A stretch of 64,000 bases of DNA from the human T2T-CHM13v2.0 reference genome, Homo sapiens (GCF_009914755.1 NC_060932.1); one strand, 5' to 3'. Shown: positions 26,924 through 42,212, numbered from the stretch's first letter. The notes: generated from the sequence alone by a model not told the origin. A program made the numbers and translations.

Positions 26924-29900
26924 TAATCTCAGAAACGTGTTTATGCTGTATCTACTCAACTAACTGTGCTGAACATTTCTATTGATAGAGCAGTTTTGAG
27001 ACACTCTTCTTTTGGAATCTGCAAGTGGATATTTGGATAGATTTGAGGATTTCGTTGGAAACGGGATTATATATAAAAAGTAGACAGCAGCATTCTCAGA
27101 AACTTCTTTGTGATGTTTGCATCCAGCTCTCAGAGTTGAACATTCCCTTTCATAGAGTAGGTTTGAAACCCTCTTTTTATAGTGTCTGGAAGCGGGCATT
27201 TGGAGCGCTTTCAGGCCTATGCTTAAAATAGGAAATATCTACCTACAGAAACTAGACAGAAGCATTCTGAGAATCACGTTTGTGATGTGGGTACTCAACT
27301 AACAGTGTTGATCCATTCTTTTGATACAGCAGTTTTGAACCACACTTTTTGTAGAATCTGCAAGAGGATATTTGGATAGCTGTGAGGATTTCGTTGGAAA
27401 CGGGAATGTCTTCAAAGAAAATCTAGACAGAAGCATTCTCAGAAACACCTTCGTGATGTTTGCAATCAAGTCACAGAGTTGAACCTTCCGTTTCATAGAG
27501 CAGGTTGGAAACACTCTTATTGTAGTATCTGGAAGTGGACATTTGGAGCGCTTTCAGGCCTATGGTGAAAAAGGAAATATCTTCCCATAAAAACGACATA
27601 GAAGCTATCTCAGGAACTTGTTTATGATGCATCTAATCAACTAACAGTGTTGAACCTTTGTACTGACAGAGCACTTTGAAACACTCTTTTTTTGGAATCT
27701 GCAAGTGGATATTTGGATCGCTTTGAGGATTTCGTTGGAAACGGGATGCAATATAAAACGTACACAGCAGCATACTCAGAAAATACTTTGCCATATTTCC
27801 ATTCAAGTCACAGAGTGGAACATTCCCATTCATAGAGCAGGTTGGAAACACTCTTTTTGGAGTATCTGGAAGTGGACATTTGGAGCGCTTTCTGAACTAT
27901 GGTGAAAAAGGAAATATCTTCCAATGAAAACAAGACAGAAGCATTCTGAGAAACTTATTTGTGATGTGTGTCCTCAACAAACGGACTTGAACCTTTCGTT
28001 TCATGCAGTACTTCTGGAACACTCTTTTTGAAGATTCTGCATGCGGATATTTGGATAGCTTTGAGGATTTCGTTGGAAACGGGCTTACATGTAAAAATTA
28101 GACAGCAGCATTCTCAGAAACTTCTTTGTGGTGTCTGCATTCAAGTCACAGAATTGAACTTCCCCTCACATAGAGCAGTTGTGCAGCACTCTATTTGTAG
28201 TATCTGGAAGTGGACATTTGGAGGGCTTTGTAGCCTATCTGGAAAAAGGAAATATCTTCCCATGAATGCGAGATAGAAGTAATCTCAGAAACATGTTTAT
28301 GCTGTATCTACTCAACTAACTGTGCTGAACATTTCTATTGATAGAGCAGTTTTGAGACCCTCTTCTTTTGGAATCTGCAAGTGGATATTTGGATAGATTT
28401 GAGGATTTCGTTGGAAACGGGATTATATATAAAAAGTAGACAGCAGCATTCTCAGAAACTTCTTTGTGATGTTTGCATCCAGCTCTCAGAGTTGAACATT
28501 CCCTTTCATAGAGTAGGTTTGAAACCCTCTTTTTATAGTGTCTGGAAGCGGGCATTTGGAGCGCTTTCAGGCCTATGCTGAAAAAGGAGATATCTACCTA
28601 TAGAAACTAGACAGAAGCATTCCGAGAATCACGTTTGTGATGTGGGTACTCAACTAACAGTGTTGATCCATTCTTTTGATACAGCAGTTTTGAACCACAC
28701 TTTTTGTAGAATCTGCAAGTGGATATTTGGATAGCTGTGAGGATTTCGTTGGAAACGGGAATGTCTTCATAGAAAATTTAGAGAGAAGCATTCTCAGAAC
28801 CTTGATTGTGATGTGTGTTCTCCACTAACAGAGTTGAACCTTTCTTTTGACAGAACTGTTCTGAAACATTCTTTTTATAGAATCTGGAAGTGGATATTTG
28901 GAAAGCTTTGAGGATTTCGTTGGAAACGGGAATATCTTCAAATAAAATCTAGCCAGAAGCATTCTAAGAAACATCTTAGGGATGTTTACATTCAAGTCAC
29001 AGAGTTGAACATTCCCTTTCACAGAGCAGGTTTGAAACAATCTTCTCGTACTATCTGGCAGTGGACATTTTGAGCTCTTTGGGGCCTATGCTGAAAAAGG
29101 AAATATCTTCCGACAAAAACTAGACAGAAGCATTCGCAGAATCACGTTTGTGATGTGTGCACTCAACTGTCAGAATTGAACCTTGGTTTGGAGAGAGCAC
29201 TTTTGAAACACTCTTTTTGTAGAATCTGCAGGTGGATATTTGGCTAGCTTTGAGGATTTCGTTGGAAACGGTAATGTCTTCAAAGAAAATCTAGACAGAA
29301 GCATTCTCAGAAACACCTTCGTGATGTTTGCAATCAAGTCACAGAGTTGAACCTTCCGTTTCATAGAGCAGGTTGGAAACACACTTTTTGTAGTATCTGG
29401 AAGTGGACATTTGGAGGGCTTTGTAGCCTATCTGGAAAAAGGAAATATCTTCCCATGAATGCGAGATAGAAGTAATCTCAGAAACATGTTTATGCTGTAT
29501 CTACTCAACTAACTGTGCTGAACATTTCTATTGATAGAGCAGTTTTGAGACACTCTTCTTTTGGAATCTGCAAGTGGATATTTGGATAGATTTGAGGATT
29601 TCGTTGGAAACGGGATTATATATAAAAAGTAGACAGCAGCATTCTCAGAAACTTCTTTGTGATGTTTGCATCTAGCTCCCAGGGTTGAACATTCCCTTTC
29701 ATAGAGTAGTTTTGAAACCCTCTTTTTATAGTGTCTGGAAGCGGGCATTTGGAGCGCTTTCAGGCCTATGCTGAAAAAGGAAATATCTACCTATAGAAAC
29801 TAGACAGAAGCATTCTGAGAATCACGTTTGTGATGTGGGTACTCAACTAACAGTGTTGATCCATTCTTTTGATACAGCAGTTTTGAACCACACTTTTTGT

Positions 29901-31340
29901 AGAATCTGCAAGTGGATATTTGGATAGCTGTGAGGATTTCGTTGGAAACGGGAATGTCTTCATAGAAAATTTAGACAGAAGCATTCTCAGAACCTTGATT
30001 GTGATGTGTGTTCTCCACTAACAGAGTTGAACCTTTCTTTTGACAGAACTGTTCTGAAACATTCTTTTTATAGAATCTGAAAGTGGATATTTGGAAAGCT
30101 TTGAGGATTTCGTTGGAAACGGGAATATCTTCAAATCAAATCTAGCCAGAAGCATTCTAAGAAACATCTTAGGGATGTTTACATTCAAGTCACAGAGTTG
30201 AACATTCCCTTTCACAGAGCAGGTTTGAAACAATCTTCTCGTACTATCTGGCAGTGGACATTTTGAGCTCCTTGGGGCCTATGCTGAAAATTGAAATATC
30301 TTCCAACAAAAACTAGACAGAAGCATTCGCAGAATCACGTTTGTGATGTGTGCACTCAACTGTCAGAATTGAACCTTGGTTTGGACAGAGCACTTTTGAA
30401 ACACTCTTTTTGTAGAATCTGCAGGTGGATATTTGGCTAGCTTTGAGGATTTCGTTGGAAACGGTAATGTCTTCAAAGAAAATCTAGACAGAAGCATTCT
30501 CAGAAACACCTTCGTGATGTTTGCAATCAAGTCACAGAGTTGAACCTTCCGTTTCATAGAGCAGGTTGGAAACACTCTTTTTGTAGTATCTGGAAGTGGA
30601 CATTTGGAGCGCTTTCAGGCCTATGGTGAAAAAGGAAATATCTTCCCATAAAAACGACATAGAAGCTATCTCAGGAACTTGTTTATGATGCATCTAATCA
30701 ACTAACAGTGTTGAACCTTTGTACTGACAGAGCACTTTGAAACACTCTTTTTTTGGAATCTGCAAGTGGATATTTGGATCGCTTTGAGGATTTCGTTGGA
30801 AACGGGATGCAATATAAAACGTACACAGCAGCATACTCAGAAAATACTTTGCCATATTTCCATTCAAGTCACAGAGTGGAACATTCCCATTCATAGAGCA
30901 GGTTTGAAACACTCTTTTTGGAGTATCTGGAAGTGGACATTTGGAGCGCTTTCTGAACTATGGTGAAAAAGGAAATAACTTCCAATGAAAACAAGACAGA
31001 AGCATTCTGAGAAACTTATTTGTGATGTGTGTCCTCAACAAACGGACTTGAACCTTTCGTTTCATGCAGTACTTCTGGAACACTCTTTTTGAAGATTCTG
31101 CATGCGGATATTTGGATAGCTTTGAGGATTTCGTTGGAAACGGCCTTACATGTAAAAATTAGACAGCAGCATTCTCAGAAACTTCTTTGTGGTGTCTGCA
31201 TTCAAGTCACAGAATTGAACTTCCCCTCACATAGAGCAGTTGTGCAGCACTCTATTTGTAGTATCTGGAAGTGGACATTTGGAGGGCTTTGTAGCCTATC
31301 TGGAAAAAGGAAATATCTTCCCATGAATGCGAGATAGAAG
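26924..31340 (+). repeat. 8-7-11 HOR block (chimeric 1868-bp 11-mer at 29473-31340)
   Basis: Spacings 1356, 1193, 1868. Confidence 0.94.
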
Positions 31341-34300
31341 TAATCTCAGAAACGTGTTTATGCTGTATCTACTCAACTAACTGTGCTGAACATTTCTATT
31401 GATAGAGCAGTTTTGAGACACTCTTCTTTTGGAATCTGCAAGTGGATATTTGGATAGATTTGAGGATTTCGTTGGAAACGGGATTATATATAAAAAGTAG
31501 ACAGCAGCATTCTCAGAAACTTCTTTGTGATGTTTGCATCCAGCTCTCAGAGTTGAACATTCCCTTTCATAGAGTAGGTTTGAAACCCTCTTTTTATAGT
31601 GTCTGGAAGCGGGCATTTGGAGCGCTTTCAGGCCTATGCTTAAAATAGGAAATATCTACCTACAGAAACTAGACAGAAGCATTCTGAGAATCACGTTTGT
31701 GATGTGGGTACTCAACTAACAGTGTTGATCCATTCTTTTGATACAGCAGTTTTGAACCACACTTTTTGTAGAATCTGCAAGAGGATATTTGGATAGCTGT
31801 GAGGATTTCGTTGGAAACGGGAATGTCTTCAAAGAAAATCTAGACAGAAGCATTCTCAGAAACACCTTCGTGATGTTTGCAATCAAGTCACAGAGTTGAA
31901 CCTTCCGTTTCATAGAGCAGGTTGGAAACACTCTTATTGTAGTATCTGGAAGTGGACATTTGGAGCGCTTTCAGGCCTATGGTGAAAAAGGAAATATCTT
32001 CCCATAAAAACGACATAGAAGCTATCTCAGGAACTTGTTTATGATGCATCTAATCAACTAACAGTGTTGAACCTTTGTACTGACAGAGCACTTTGAAACA
32101 CTCTTTTTTTGGAATCTGCAAGTGGATATTTGGATCGCTTTGAGGATTTCGTTGGAAACGGGATGCAATATAAAACGTACACAGCAGCATACTCAGAAAA
32201 TACTTTGCCATATTTCCATTCAAGTCACAGAGTGGAACATTCCCATTCATAGAGCAGGTTGGAAACACTCTTTTTGGAGTATCTGGAAGTGGACATTTGG
32301 AGCGCTTTCTGAACTATGGTGAAAAAGGAAATATCTTCCAATGAAAACAAGACAGAAGCATTCTGAGAAACTTATTTGTGATGTGTGTCCTCAACAAACG
32401 GACTTGAACCTTTCATTTCATGCAGTACTTCTGGAACACTCTTTTTGAAGATTCTGCATGCGGATATTTGGATAGCTTTGAGGATTTCGTTGGAAACGGG
32501 CTTACATGTAAAAATTAGACAGCAGCATTCTCAGAAACTTCTTTGTGGTGTCTGCATTCAAGTCACAGAATTGAACTTCCCCTCACATAGAGCAGTTGTG
32601 CAGCACTCTATTTGTAGTATCTGGAAGTGGACATTTGGAGGGCTTTGTAGCCTATCTGGAAAAAGGAAATATCTTCCCATGAATGCGAGATAGAAGTAAT
32701 CTCAGAAACATGTTTATGCTGTATCTACTCAACTAACTGTGCTGAACATTTCTATTGATAGAGCAGTTTTGAGACCCTCTTCTTTTGGAATCTGCAAGTG
32801 GATATTTGGATAGATTTGAGGATTTCGTTGGAAACGGGATTATATATAAAAAGTAGACAGCAGCATTCTCAGAAACTTCTTTGTGATGTTTGCATCCAGC
32901 TCTCAGAGTTGAACATTCCCTTTCATAGAGTAGGTTTGAAACCCTCTTTTTATAGTGTCTGGAAGCGGGCATTTGGAGCGCTTTCAGGCCTATGCTGAAA
33001 AAGGAGATATCTACCTATAGAAACTAGACAGAAGCATTCCGAGAATCACGTTTGTGATGTGGGTACTCAACTAACAGTGTTGATCCATTCTTTTGATACA
33101 GCAGTTTTGAACCACACTTTTTGTAGAATCTGCAAGTGGATATTTGGATAGCTGTGAGGATTTCGTTGGAAACGGGAATGTCTTCATAGAAAATTTAGAG
33201 AGAAGCATTCTCAGAACCTTGATTGTGATGTGTGTTCTCCACTAACAGAGTTGAACCTTTCTTTTGACAGAACTGTTCTGAAACATTCTTTTTATAGAAT
33301 CTGGAAGTGGATATTTGGAAAGCTTTGAGGATTTCGTTGGAAACGGGAATATCTTCAAATAAAATCTAGCCAGAAGCATTCTAAGAAACATCTTAGGGAT
33401 GTTTACATTCAAGTCACAGAGTTGAACATTCCCTTTCACAGAGCAGGTTTGAAACAATCTTCTCGTACTATCTGGCAGTGGACATTTTGAGCTCTTTGGG
33501 GCCTATGCTGAAAAAGGAAATATCTTCCGACAAAAACTAGACAGAAGCATTCGCAGAATCACGTTTGTGATGTGTGCACTCAACTGTCAGAATTGAACCT
33601 TGGTTTGGAGAGAGCACTTTTGAAACACTCTTTTTGTAGAATCTGCAGGTGGATATTTGGCTAGCTTTGAGGATTTCGTTGGAAACGGTAATGTCTTCAA
33701 AGAAAATCTAGACAGAAGCATTCTCAGAAACACCTTCGTGATGTTTGCAATCAAGTCACAGAGTTGAACCTTCCGTTTCATAGAGCAGGTTGGAAACACA
33801 CTTTTTGTAGTATCTGGAAGTGGACATTTGGAGGGCTTTGTAGCCTATCTGGAAAAAGGAAATATCTTCCCATGAATGCGAGATAGAAGTAATCTCAGAA
33901 ACATGTTTATGCTGTATCTACTCAACTAACTGTGCTGAACATTTCTATTGATAGAGCAGTTTTGAGACACTCTTCTTTTGGAATCTGCAAGTGGATATTT
34001 GGATAGATTTGAGGATTTCGTTGGAAACGGGATTATATATAAAAAGTAGACAGCAGCATTCTCAGAAACTTCTTTGTGATGTTTGCATCTAGCTCCCAGA
34101 GTTGAACATTCCCTTTCATAGAGTAGTTTTGAAACCCTCTTTTTATAGTGTCTGGAAGCGGGCATTTGGAGCGCTTTCAGGCCTATGCTGAAAAAGGAAA
34201 TATCTACCTATAGAAACTAGACAGAAGCATTCTGAGAATCACGTTTGTGATGTGGGTACTCAACTAACAGTGTTGATCCATTCTTTTGATACAGCAGTTT

Positions 34301-36951
34301 TGAACCACACTTTTTGTAGAATCTGCAAGTGGATATTTGGATAGCTGTGAGGATTTCGTTGGAAACGGGAATGTCTTCATAGAAAATTTAGACAGAAGCA
34401 TTCTCAGAACCTTGATTGTGATGTGTGTTCTCCACTAACAGAGTTGAACCTTTCTTTTGACAGAACTGTTCTGAAACATTCTTTTTATAGAATCTGGAAG
34501 TGGATATTTGGAAAGCTTTGAGGATTTCGTTGGAAACGGGAATATCTTCAAATAAAATCTAGCCAGAAGCATTCTAAGAAACATCTTAGGGATGTTTACA
34601 TTCAAGTCACAGAGTTGAACATTCCCTTTCACAGAGCAGGTTTGAAACAATCTTCTCGTACTATCTGGCAGTGGACATTTTGAGCTCTTTGGGGCCTATG
34701 CTGAAAAAGGAAATATCTTCCGACAAAAACTAGTCAGAAGCATTCGCAGAATCCCGTTTGTGATGTGTGCACTCAACTGTCAGAATTGAACCTTGGTTTG
34801 GAGAGAGCACTTTTGAAACACACTTTTTGTAGAATCTGCAGGTGGATATTTGGCTAGCTTTGAGGATTTCGTTGGAAACGGTAATGTCTTCAAAGAAAAT
34901 CTAGACAGAAGCATTCTCAGAAACACCTTCGTGATGTTTGCAATCAAGTCACAGAGTTGAACCTTCCGTTTCATAGAGCAGGTTGGAAACACACTTTTTG
35001 TAGTATCTGGAAGTGGACATTTGGAGGGCTTTGTAGCCTATCTGGAAAAAGGAAATATCTTCCCATGAATGCGAGATAGATGTAATCTCAGAAACATGTT
35101 TATGCTGTATCTACTCAACTAACTGTGCTGAACATTTCTATTGATAGAGCAGTTTTGAGACACTCTTCTTTTGGAATCTGCAAGTGGATATTTGGATAGA
35201 TTTGAGGATTTCGTTGGAAACGGGATTATATATAAAAAGTAGACAGCAGCATTCTCAGAAACTTCTTTGTGATGTTTGCATCCAGCTCTCAGAGTTGAAC
35301 ATTCCCTTTCATAGAGTAGGTTTGAAACCCTCTTTTTATAGTGTCTAGAAGCGGGCATTTGGAGCGCTTACAGGCCTATGCTTAAAATAGGAAATATCCA
35401 CCTACAGAAACTAGACAGAAGCATTCTGAGAATCACGTTTGTGATGTGGGTACTCAACTAACAGTGTTGATCCATTCTTTTGATACAGCAGTTTTGAACC
35501 ACACTTTTTGTAGAATCTGCAAGTGGATATTTGGATAGCTGTGAGGATTTCGTTGGAAACGGGAATGTCTTCTTAGAAAACTTAGACAGAAGCATTCTCA
35601 GAACCTTGATTGTGATGTGTGTTCTCCACTAACAGAGTTGAACCTTTCTTTTGACAGAACTGTTCTGAAACATTCTTTTTATAGAATCTGAAAGTGGATA
35701 TTTGGAAAGCTTTGAGGATTTCGTTGGAAACGGGAATATCTTCAAATCAAATCTAGCCAGAAGCATTCTAAGAAACATCTTAGGGATGTTTACATTCAAG
35801 TCACAGAGTTGAACATTCCCTTTCACAGAGCAGGTTTGAAACAATCTTCTCGTACTATCTGGCAGTGGACATTTTGAGCTCCTTGGGGCCTATGCTGAAA
35901 ATTGAAATATCTTCCAACAAAAACTAGACAGAAGCATTCGCAGAATCACGTTTGTGATGTGTGCACTCAACTGTCAGAATTGAACCTTGGTTTGGACAGA
36001 GCACTTTTGAAACACTCTTTTTGTAGAATCTGCAGGTGGATATTTGGCTAGCTTTGAGGATTTCGTTGGAAACGGTAATGTCTTCAAAGAAAATCTAGAC
36101 AGAAGCATTCTCAGAAACACCTTCGTGATGTTTGCAATCAAGTCACAGAGTTGAACCTTCCGTTTCATAGAGCAGGTTGGAAACACTCTTTTTGTAGTAT
36201 CTGGAAGTGGACATTTGGAGCGCTTTCAGGCCTATGGTGAAAAAGGAAATATCTTCCCATAAAAACGACATAGAAGCTATCTCAGGAACTTGTTTATGAT
36301 GCATCTAATCAACTAACAGTGTTGAACCTTTGTACTGACAGAGCAGTTTGAAACACTCTTTTTTTGGAATCTGCAAGTGGATATTTGGATCGCTTTGAGG
36401 ATTTCGTTGGAAACGGGATGCAATATAAAACGTACACAGCAGCATACTCAGAAAATACTTTGCCATATTTCCATTCAAGTCACAGAGTGGAACATTCCCA
36501 TTCATAGAGCAGGTTTGAAACACTCTTTTTGGAGTATCTGGAAGTGGACATTTGGAGCGCTTTCTGAACTATGGTGAAAAAGGAAATAACTTCCAATGAA
36601 AACAAGACAGAAGCATTCTGAGAAACTTATTTGTGATGTGTGTCCTCAACAAACGGACTTGAACCTTTCGTTTCATGCAGTACTTCTGGAACACTCTTTT
36701 TGAAGATTCTGCATGCGGATATTTGGATAGCTTTGAGGATTTCGTTGGAAACGGGCTTACATGTAAAAATTAGACAGCAGCATTCTCAGAAACTTCTTTG
36801 TGGTGTCTGCATTCAAGTCACAGAATTGAACTTCCCCTCACATAGAGCAGTTGTGCAGCACTCTATTTGTAGTATCTGGAAGTGGACATTTGGAGGGCTT
36901 TGTAGCCTATCTGGAAAAAGGAAATATCTTCCCATGAATGCGAGATAGAAG
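31341..36951 (+). repeat. 8-7-7-11 HOR block (5611 bp; 11-mer at 35083-36951)
   Basis: Spacings 1356, 1193, 1193, 1869. Confidence 0.95.
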
Positions 36952-39900
36952 TAATCTCAGAAACATGTTTATGCTGTATCTACTCAACTAACTGTGCTGA
37001 ACATTTCTATTGATAGAGCAGTTTTGAGACACTCTTCTTTTGGAATCTGCAAGTGGATATTTGGATAGATTTGAGGATTTCGTTGGAAACGGGATGATAT
37101 ATAAAAAGTAGACAGCAGCATTCTCAGAAACTTCTTTGTGATGTTTGCATCCAGCTCTCAGAGTTGAACATTCCCTTTCATAGAGTAGGTTTGAAACCCT
37201 CTTTTTATAGTGTCTGGAAGCGGGCATTTGGAGCGCTTTCAGGCCTATGCTGAAAAAGGAAATATCTACCTATAGAAACTAGACAGAAGCATTCTGAGAA
37301 TCACGTTTCTGATGTGGGTACTCAACTAACAGTGTTGATCCATTCTTTTGATACAGCAGTTTTGAACCACACTTTTTGTAGAATCTGCAAGTGGATATTT
37401 GGATAGCTGTGAGGATTTCGTTGGAAACGGGAATGTCTTCATAGAAAATTTAGACAGAAGCATTCTCAGAACCTTGATTGTGATGTGTGTTCTCCACTAA
37501 CAGAGTTGAACCTTTCTTTTGACAGAACTGTTCTGAAACATTCTTTTTATAGAATCTGGAAGTGGATATTTGGAAAGCTTTGAGGATTTCGTTGGAAACG
37601 GGAATATCTTCAAATCAAATCTAGCCAGAAGCATTCTAAGAAACATCTTAGGGATGTTTACATTCAAGTCACAGAGTTGAACATTCCCTTTCACAGAGCA
37701 GGTTTGAAACAATCTTCTCGTACTATCTGGCAGTGGACATTTTGAGCTCCTTGGGGCCTATGCTGAAAAAGGAAATATCTTCCGACAAAAACTAGACAGA
37801 AGCATTCGCAGAATCACGTTTGTGATGTGTGCACTCAACTGTCAGAATTGAACCTTGGTTTGGACAGAGCACTTTTGAAACACTCTTTTTGTAGAATCTG
37901 CAGGTGGATATTTGGCTAGCTTTGAGGATTTCGTTGGAAACGGTAATGTCTTCAAAGAAAATCTAGACAGAAGCATTCTCAGAAACACCTTCGTGATGTT
38001 TGCAATCAAGTCACAGAGTTGAACCTTCCGTTTCATAGAGCAGGTTGGAAACACTCTTTTTGTAGTATCTGGAAGTGGACATTTGGAGGGCTTTGTAGCC
38101 TATCTGGAAAAAGGAAATATCTTCCCATGAATGCGAGATAGAAGTAATCTCAGAAACATGTTTATGCTGTATCTACTCAACTAACTGTGCTGAACATTTC
38201 TATTGATAGAGCAGTTTTGAGACACTCTTCTTTTGGAATCTGCAAGTGGATATTTGGATAGATTTGAGGATTTCGTTGGAAACGGGATTATATATAAAAA
38301 GTAGACAGCAGCATTCTCAGAAACTTCTTTGTGATGTTTGCATCCAGCTCTCAGAGTTGAACATTCCCTTTCATAGAGTAGGTTTGAAACCCTCTTTTTA
38401 TAGTGTCTGGAAGCGGGCATTTGGAGCGCTTTCAGGCCTATGCTTAAAATAGGAAATATCTACCTACAGAAACTAGACAGAAGCATTCTGAGAATCACGT
38501 TTGTGATGTGGGTACTCAACTAACAGTGTTGATCCATTCTTTTGATACAGCAGTTTTGAACCACACTTTTTGTAGAATCTGCAAGAGGATATTTGGATAG
38601 CTGTGAGGATTTCGTTGGAAACGGGAATGTCTTCAAAGAAAATCTAGACAGAAGCATTCTGAGGAACACCTTCGTGATGTTTGCAATCAAGTCACAGAGT
38701 TGAACCTTCCGTTTCATAGAGCAGGTTGGAAACACTCTTATTGTAGTATCTGGAAGTGGACATTTGGAGCGCTTTCAGGCCTATGGTGAAAAAGGAAATA
38801 TCTTCCCATAAAAACGACATAGAAGCTGTCTCAGGAACTTGTTTATGATGCATCTAATCAACTAACAGTGTTGAACCTTTGTACTGACAGAGCAGTTTGA
38901 AACACTCTTTTTTTGGAATCTGCAAGTGGATATTTGGATCGCTTTGAGGATTTCGTTGGAAACGGGATGCAATATAAAACGTACACAGCAGCATACTCAG
39001 AAAATACTTTGCCATATTTCCATTCAAGTCACAGAGTGGAACATTCCCATTCATAGAGCAGGTTGGAAACACTCTTTTTGGAGTATCTGGAAGTGGACAT
39101 TTGGAGCGCTTTCTGAACTATGGTGAAAAAGGAAATATCTTCCAATGAAAACAAGACAGAAGCATTCTGAGAAACTTATTTGTGATGTGTGTCCTCAACA
39201 AACGGACTTGAACCTTTCGTTTCATGCAGTACTTCTGGAACACTCTTTTTGAAGATTCTGCATGCGGATATTTGGATAGCTTTGAGGATTTCGTTGGAAA
39301 CGGGCTTACATGTAAAAATTAGACAGCAGCATTCTCAGAAACTTCTTTGTGGTGTCTGCATTCAAGTCACAGAATTGAACTTCCCCTCACATAGAGCAGT
39401 TGTGCAGCACTCTATTTGTAGTATCTGGAAGTGGACATTTGGAGGGCTTTGTAGCCTATCTGGAAAAAGGAAATATCTTCCCATGAATGCGAGATAGAAG
39501 TAATCTCAGAAACATGTTTATGCTGTATCTACTCAACTAACTGTGCTGAACATTTCTATTGATAGAGCAGTTTTGAGACACTCTTCTTTTGGAATCTGCA
39601 AGTGGATATTTGGATAGATTTGAGGATTTCGTTGGAAACGGGATTATATATAAAAAGTAGACAGCAGCATTCTCAGAAACTTCTTTGTGATGTTTGCATC
39701 CAGCTCTCAGAGTTGAACATTCCCTTTCATAGAGTAGGTTTGAAACCCTCTTTTTATAGTGTCTGGAAGCGGGCATTTGGAGCGCTTTCAGGCCTATGCT
39801 TAAAATAGGAAATATCTACCTACAGAAACTAGACAGAAGCATTCTGAGAATCACGTTTGTGATGTGGGTACTCAACTAACAGTGTTGATCCATTCTTTTG

Positions 39901-42212
39901 ATACAGCAGTTTTGAACCACACTTTTTGTAGAATCTGCAAGAGGATATTTGGATAGCTGTGAGGATTTCGTTGGAAACGGGAATGTCTTCAAAGAAAATC
40001 TAGACAGAAGCATTCTCAGAAACACCTTCGTGATGTTTGCAATCAAGTCACAGAGTTGAACCTTCCGTTTCATAGAGCAGGTTGGAAACACTCTTATTGT
40101 AGTATCTGGAAGTGGACATTTGGAGCGCTTTCAGGCCTATGGTGAAAAAGGAAATATCTTCCCATAAAAACGACATAGAAGCTATCTCAGGAACTTGTTT
40201 ATGATGCATCTAATCAACTAACAGTGTTGAACCTTTGTACTGACAGAGCACTTTGAAACACTCTTTTTTTGGAATCTGCAAGTGGATATTTGGATCACTT
40301 TGAGGATTTCGTTGGAAACGGGATGCAATATAAAACGTACACAGCAGCATACTCAGAAAATACTTTGCCATGTTTCCATTCAAGTCACAGAGTGGAACAT
40401 TCCCATTCATAGAGCAGGTTGGAAACACTCTTTTTGGAGTATCTGGAAGTGGACATTTGGAGCGCTTTCTGAACTATGGTGAAAAAGGAAATATCTTCCA
40501 ATGAAAACAAGACAGAAGCATTCTGAGAAACTTATTTGTGATGTGTGTCCTCAACAAACGGACTTGAACCTTTCGTTTCATGCAGTACTTCTGGAACACT
40601 CTTTTTGAAGATTCTGCATGCGGATATTTGGATAGCTTTGAGGATTTCGTTGGAAACGGCCTTACATGTAAAAATTAGACAGCAGCATTCTCAGAAACTT
40701 CTTTGTGGTGTCTGCATTCAAGTCACAGAATTGAACTTCCCCTCACATAGAGCAGTTGTGCAGCACTCTATTTGTAGTATCTGGAAGTGGACATTTGGAG
40801 GGCTTTGTAGCCTATCTGGAAAAAGGAAATATCTTCCCATGAATGCGAGATAGAAGTAATCTCAGAAACGTGTTTATGCTGTATCTACTCAACTAACTGT
40901 GCTGAACATTTCTATTGATAGAGCAGTTTTGAGACACTCTTCTTTTGGAATCTGCAAGTGGATATTTGGATAGATTTGAGGATTTCGTTGGAAACGGGAT
41001 TATATATAAAAAGTAGACAGCAGCATTCTCAGAAACTTCTTTGTGATGTTTGCATCCAGCTCTCAGAGTTGAACATTCCCTTTCATAGAGTAGGTTTGAA
41101 ACCCTCTTTTTATAGTGTCTGGAAGCGGGTATTTGGAGCGCTTTCAGGCCTATGCTTAAAATAGGAAATATCTACCTACAGAAACTAGACAGAAGCATTC
41201 TGAGAATCACGTTTGTGATGTGGGTACTCAACTAACAGTGTTGATCCATTCTTTTGATACAGCAGTTTTGAACCACACTTTTTGTAGAATCTGCAAGAGG
41301 ATATTTGGATAGCTGTGAGGATTTCGTTGGAAACGGGAATGTCTTCAAAGAAAATCTAGACAGAAGCATTCTCAGAAACACCTTCGTGATGTTTGCAATC
41401 AAGTCACAGAGTTGAACCTTCCGTTTCATAGAGCAGGTTGGAAACACTCTTATTGTAGTATCTGGAAGTGGACATTTGGAGCGCTTTCAGGCCTATGGTG
41501 AAAAAGGAAATATCTTCCCATAAAAACGACATAGAAGCTATCTCAGGAACTTGTTTATGATGCATCTAATCAACTAACAGTGTTGAACCTTTGTACTGAC
41601 AGAGCACTTTGAAACACTCTTTTTTTGGAATCTGCAAGTGGATATTTGGATCGCTTTGAGGATTTCGTTGGAAACGGGATGCAATATAAAACGTACACAG
41701 CAGCATACTCAGAAAATACTTTGCCATATTTCCATTCAAGTCACAGAGTGGAACATTCCCATTCATAGAGCAGGTTGGAAACACTCTTTTTGGAGTATCT
41801 GGAAGTGGACATTTGGAGCGCTTTCTGAACTATGGTGAAAAAGGAAATATCTTCCAATGAAAACAAGACAGAAGCATTCTGAGAAACTTATTTGTGATGT
41901 GTGTCCTCAACAAACGGACTTGAACCTTTCGTTTCATGCAGTACTTCTGGAACACTCTTTTTGAAGATTCTGCATGCGGATATTTGGATAGCTTTGAGGA
42001 TTTCGTTGGAAACGGGCTTACATGTAAAAATTAGACAGCAGCATTCTCAGAAACTTCTTTGTGGTGTCTGCATTCAAGTCACAGAATTGAACTTCCCCTC
42101 ACATAGAGCAGTTGTGCAGCACTCTATTTGTAGTATCTGGAAGTGGACATTTGGAGGGCTTTGTAGCCTATCTGGAAAAAGGAAATATCTTCCCATGAAT
42201 GCGAGATAGAAG
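36952..42212 (+). repeat. 7-8-8-8 HOR block (5261 bp)
   Basis: Spacings 1193 then 3 x 1356. Confidence 0.95.
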
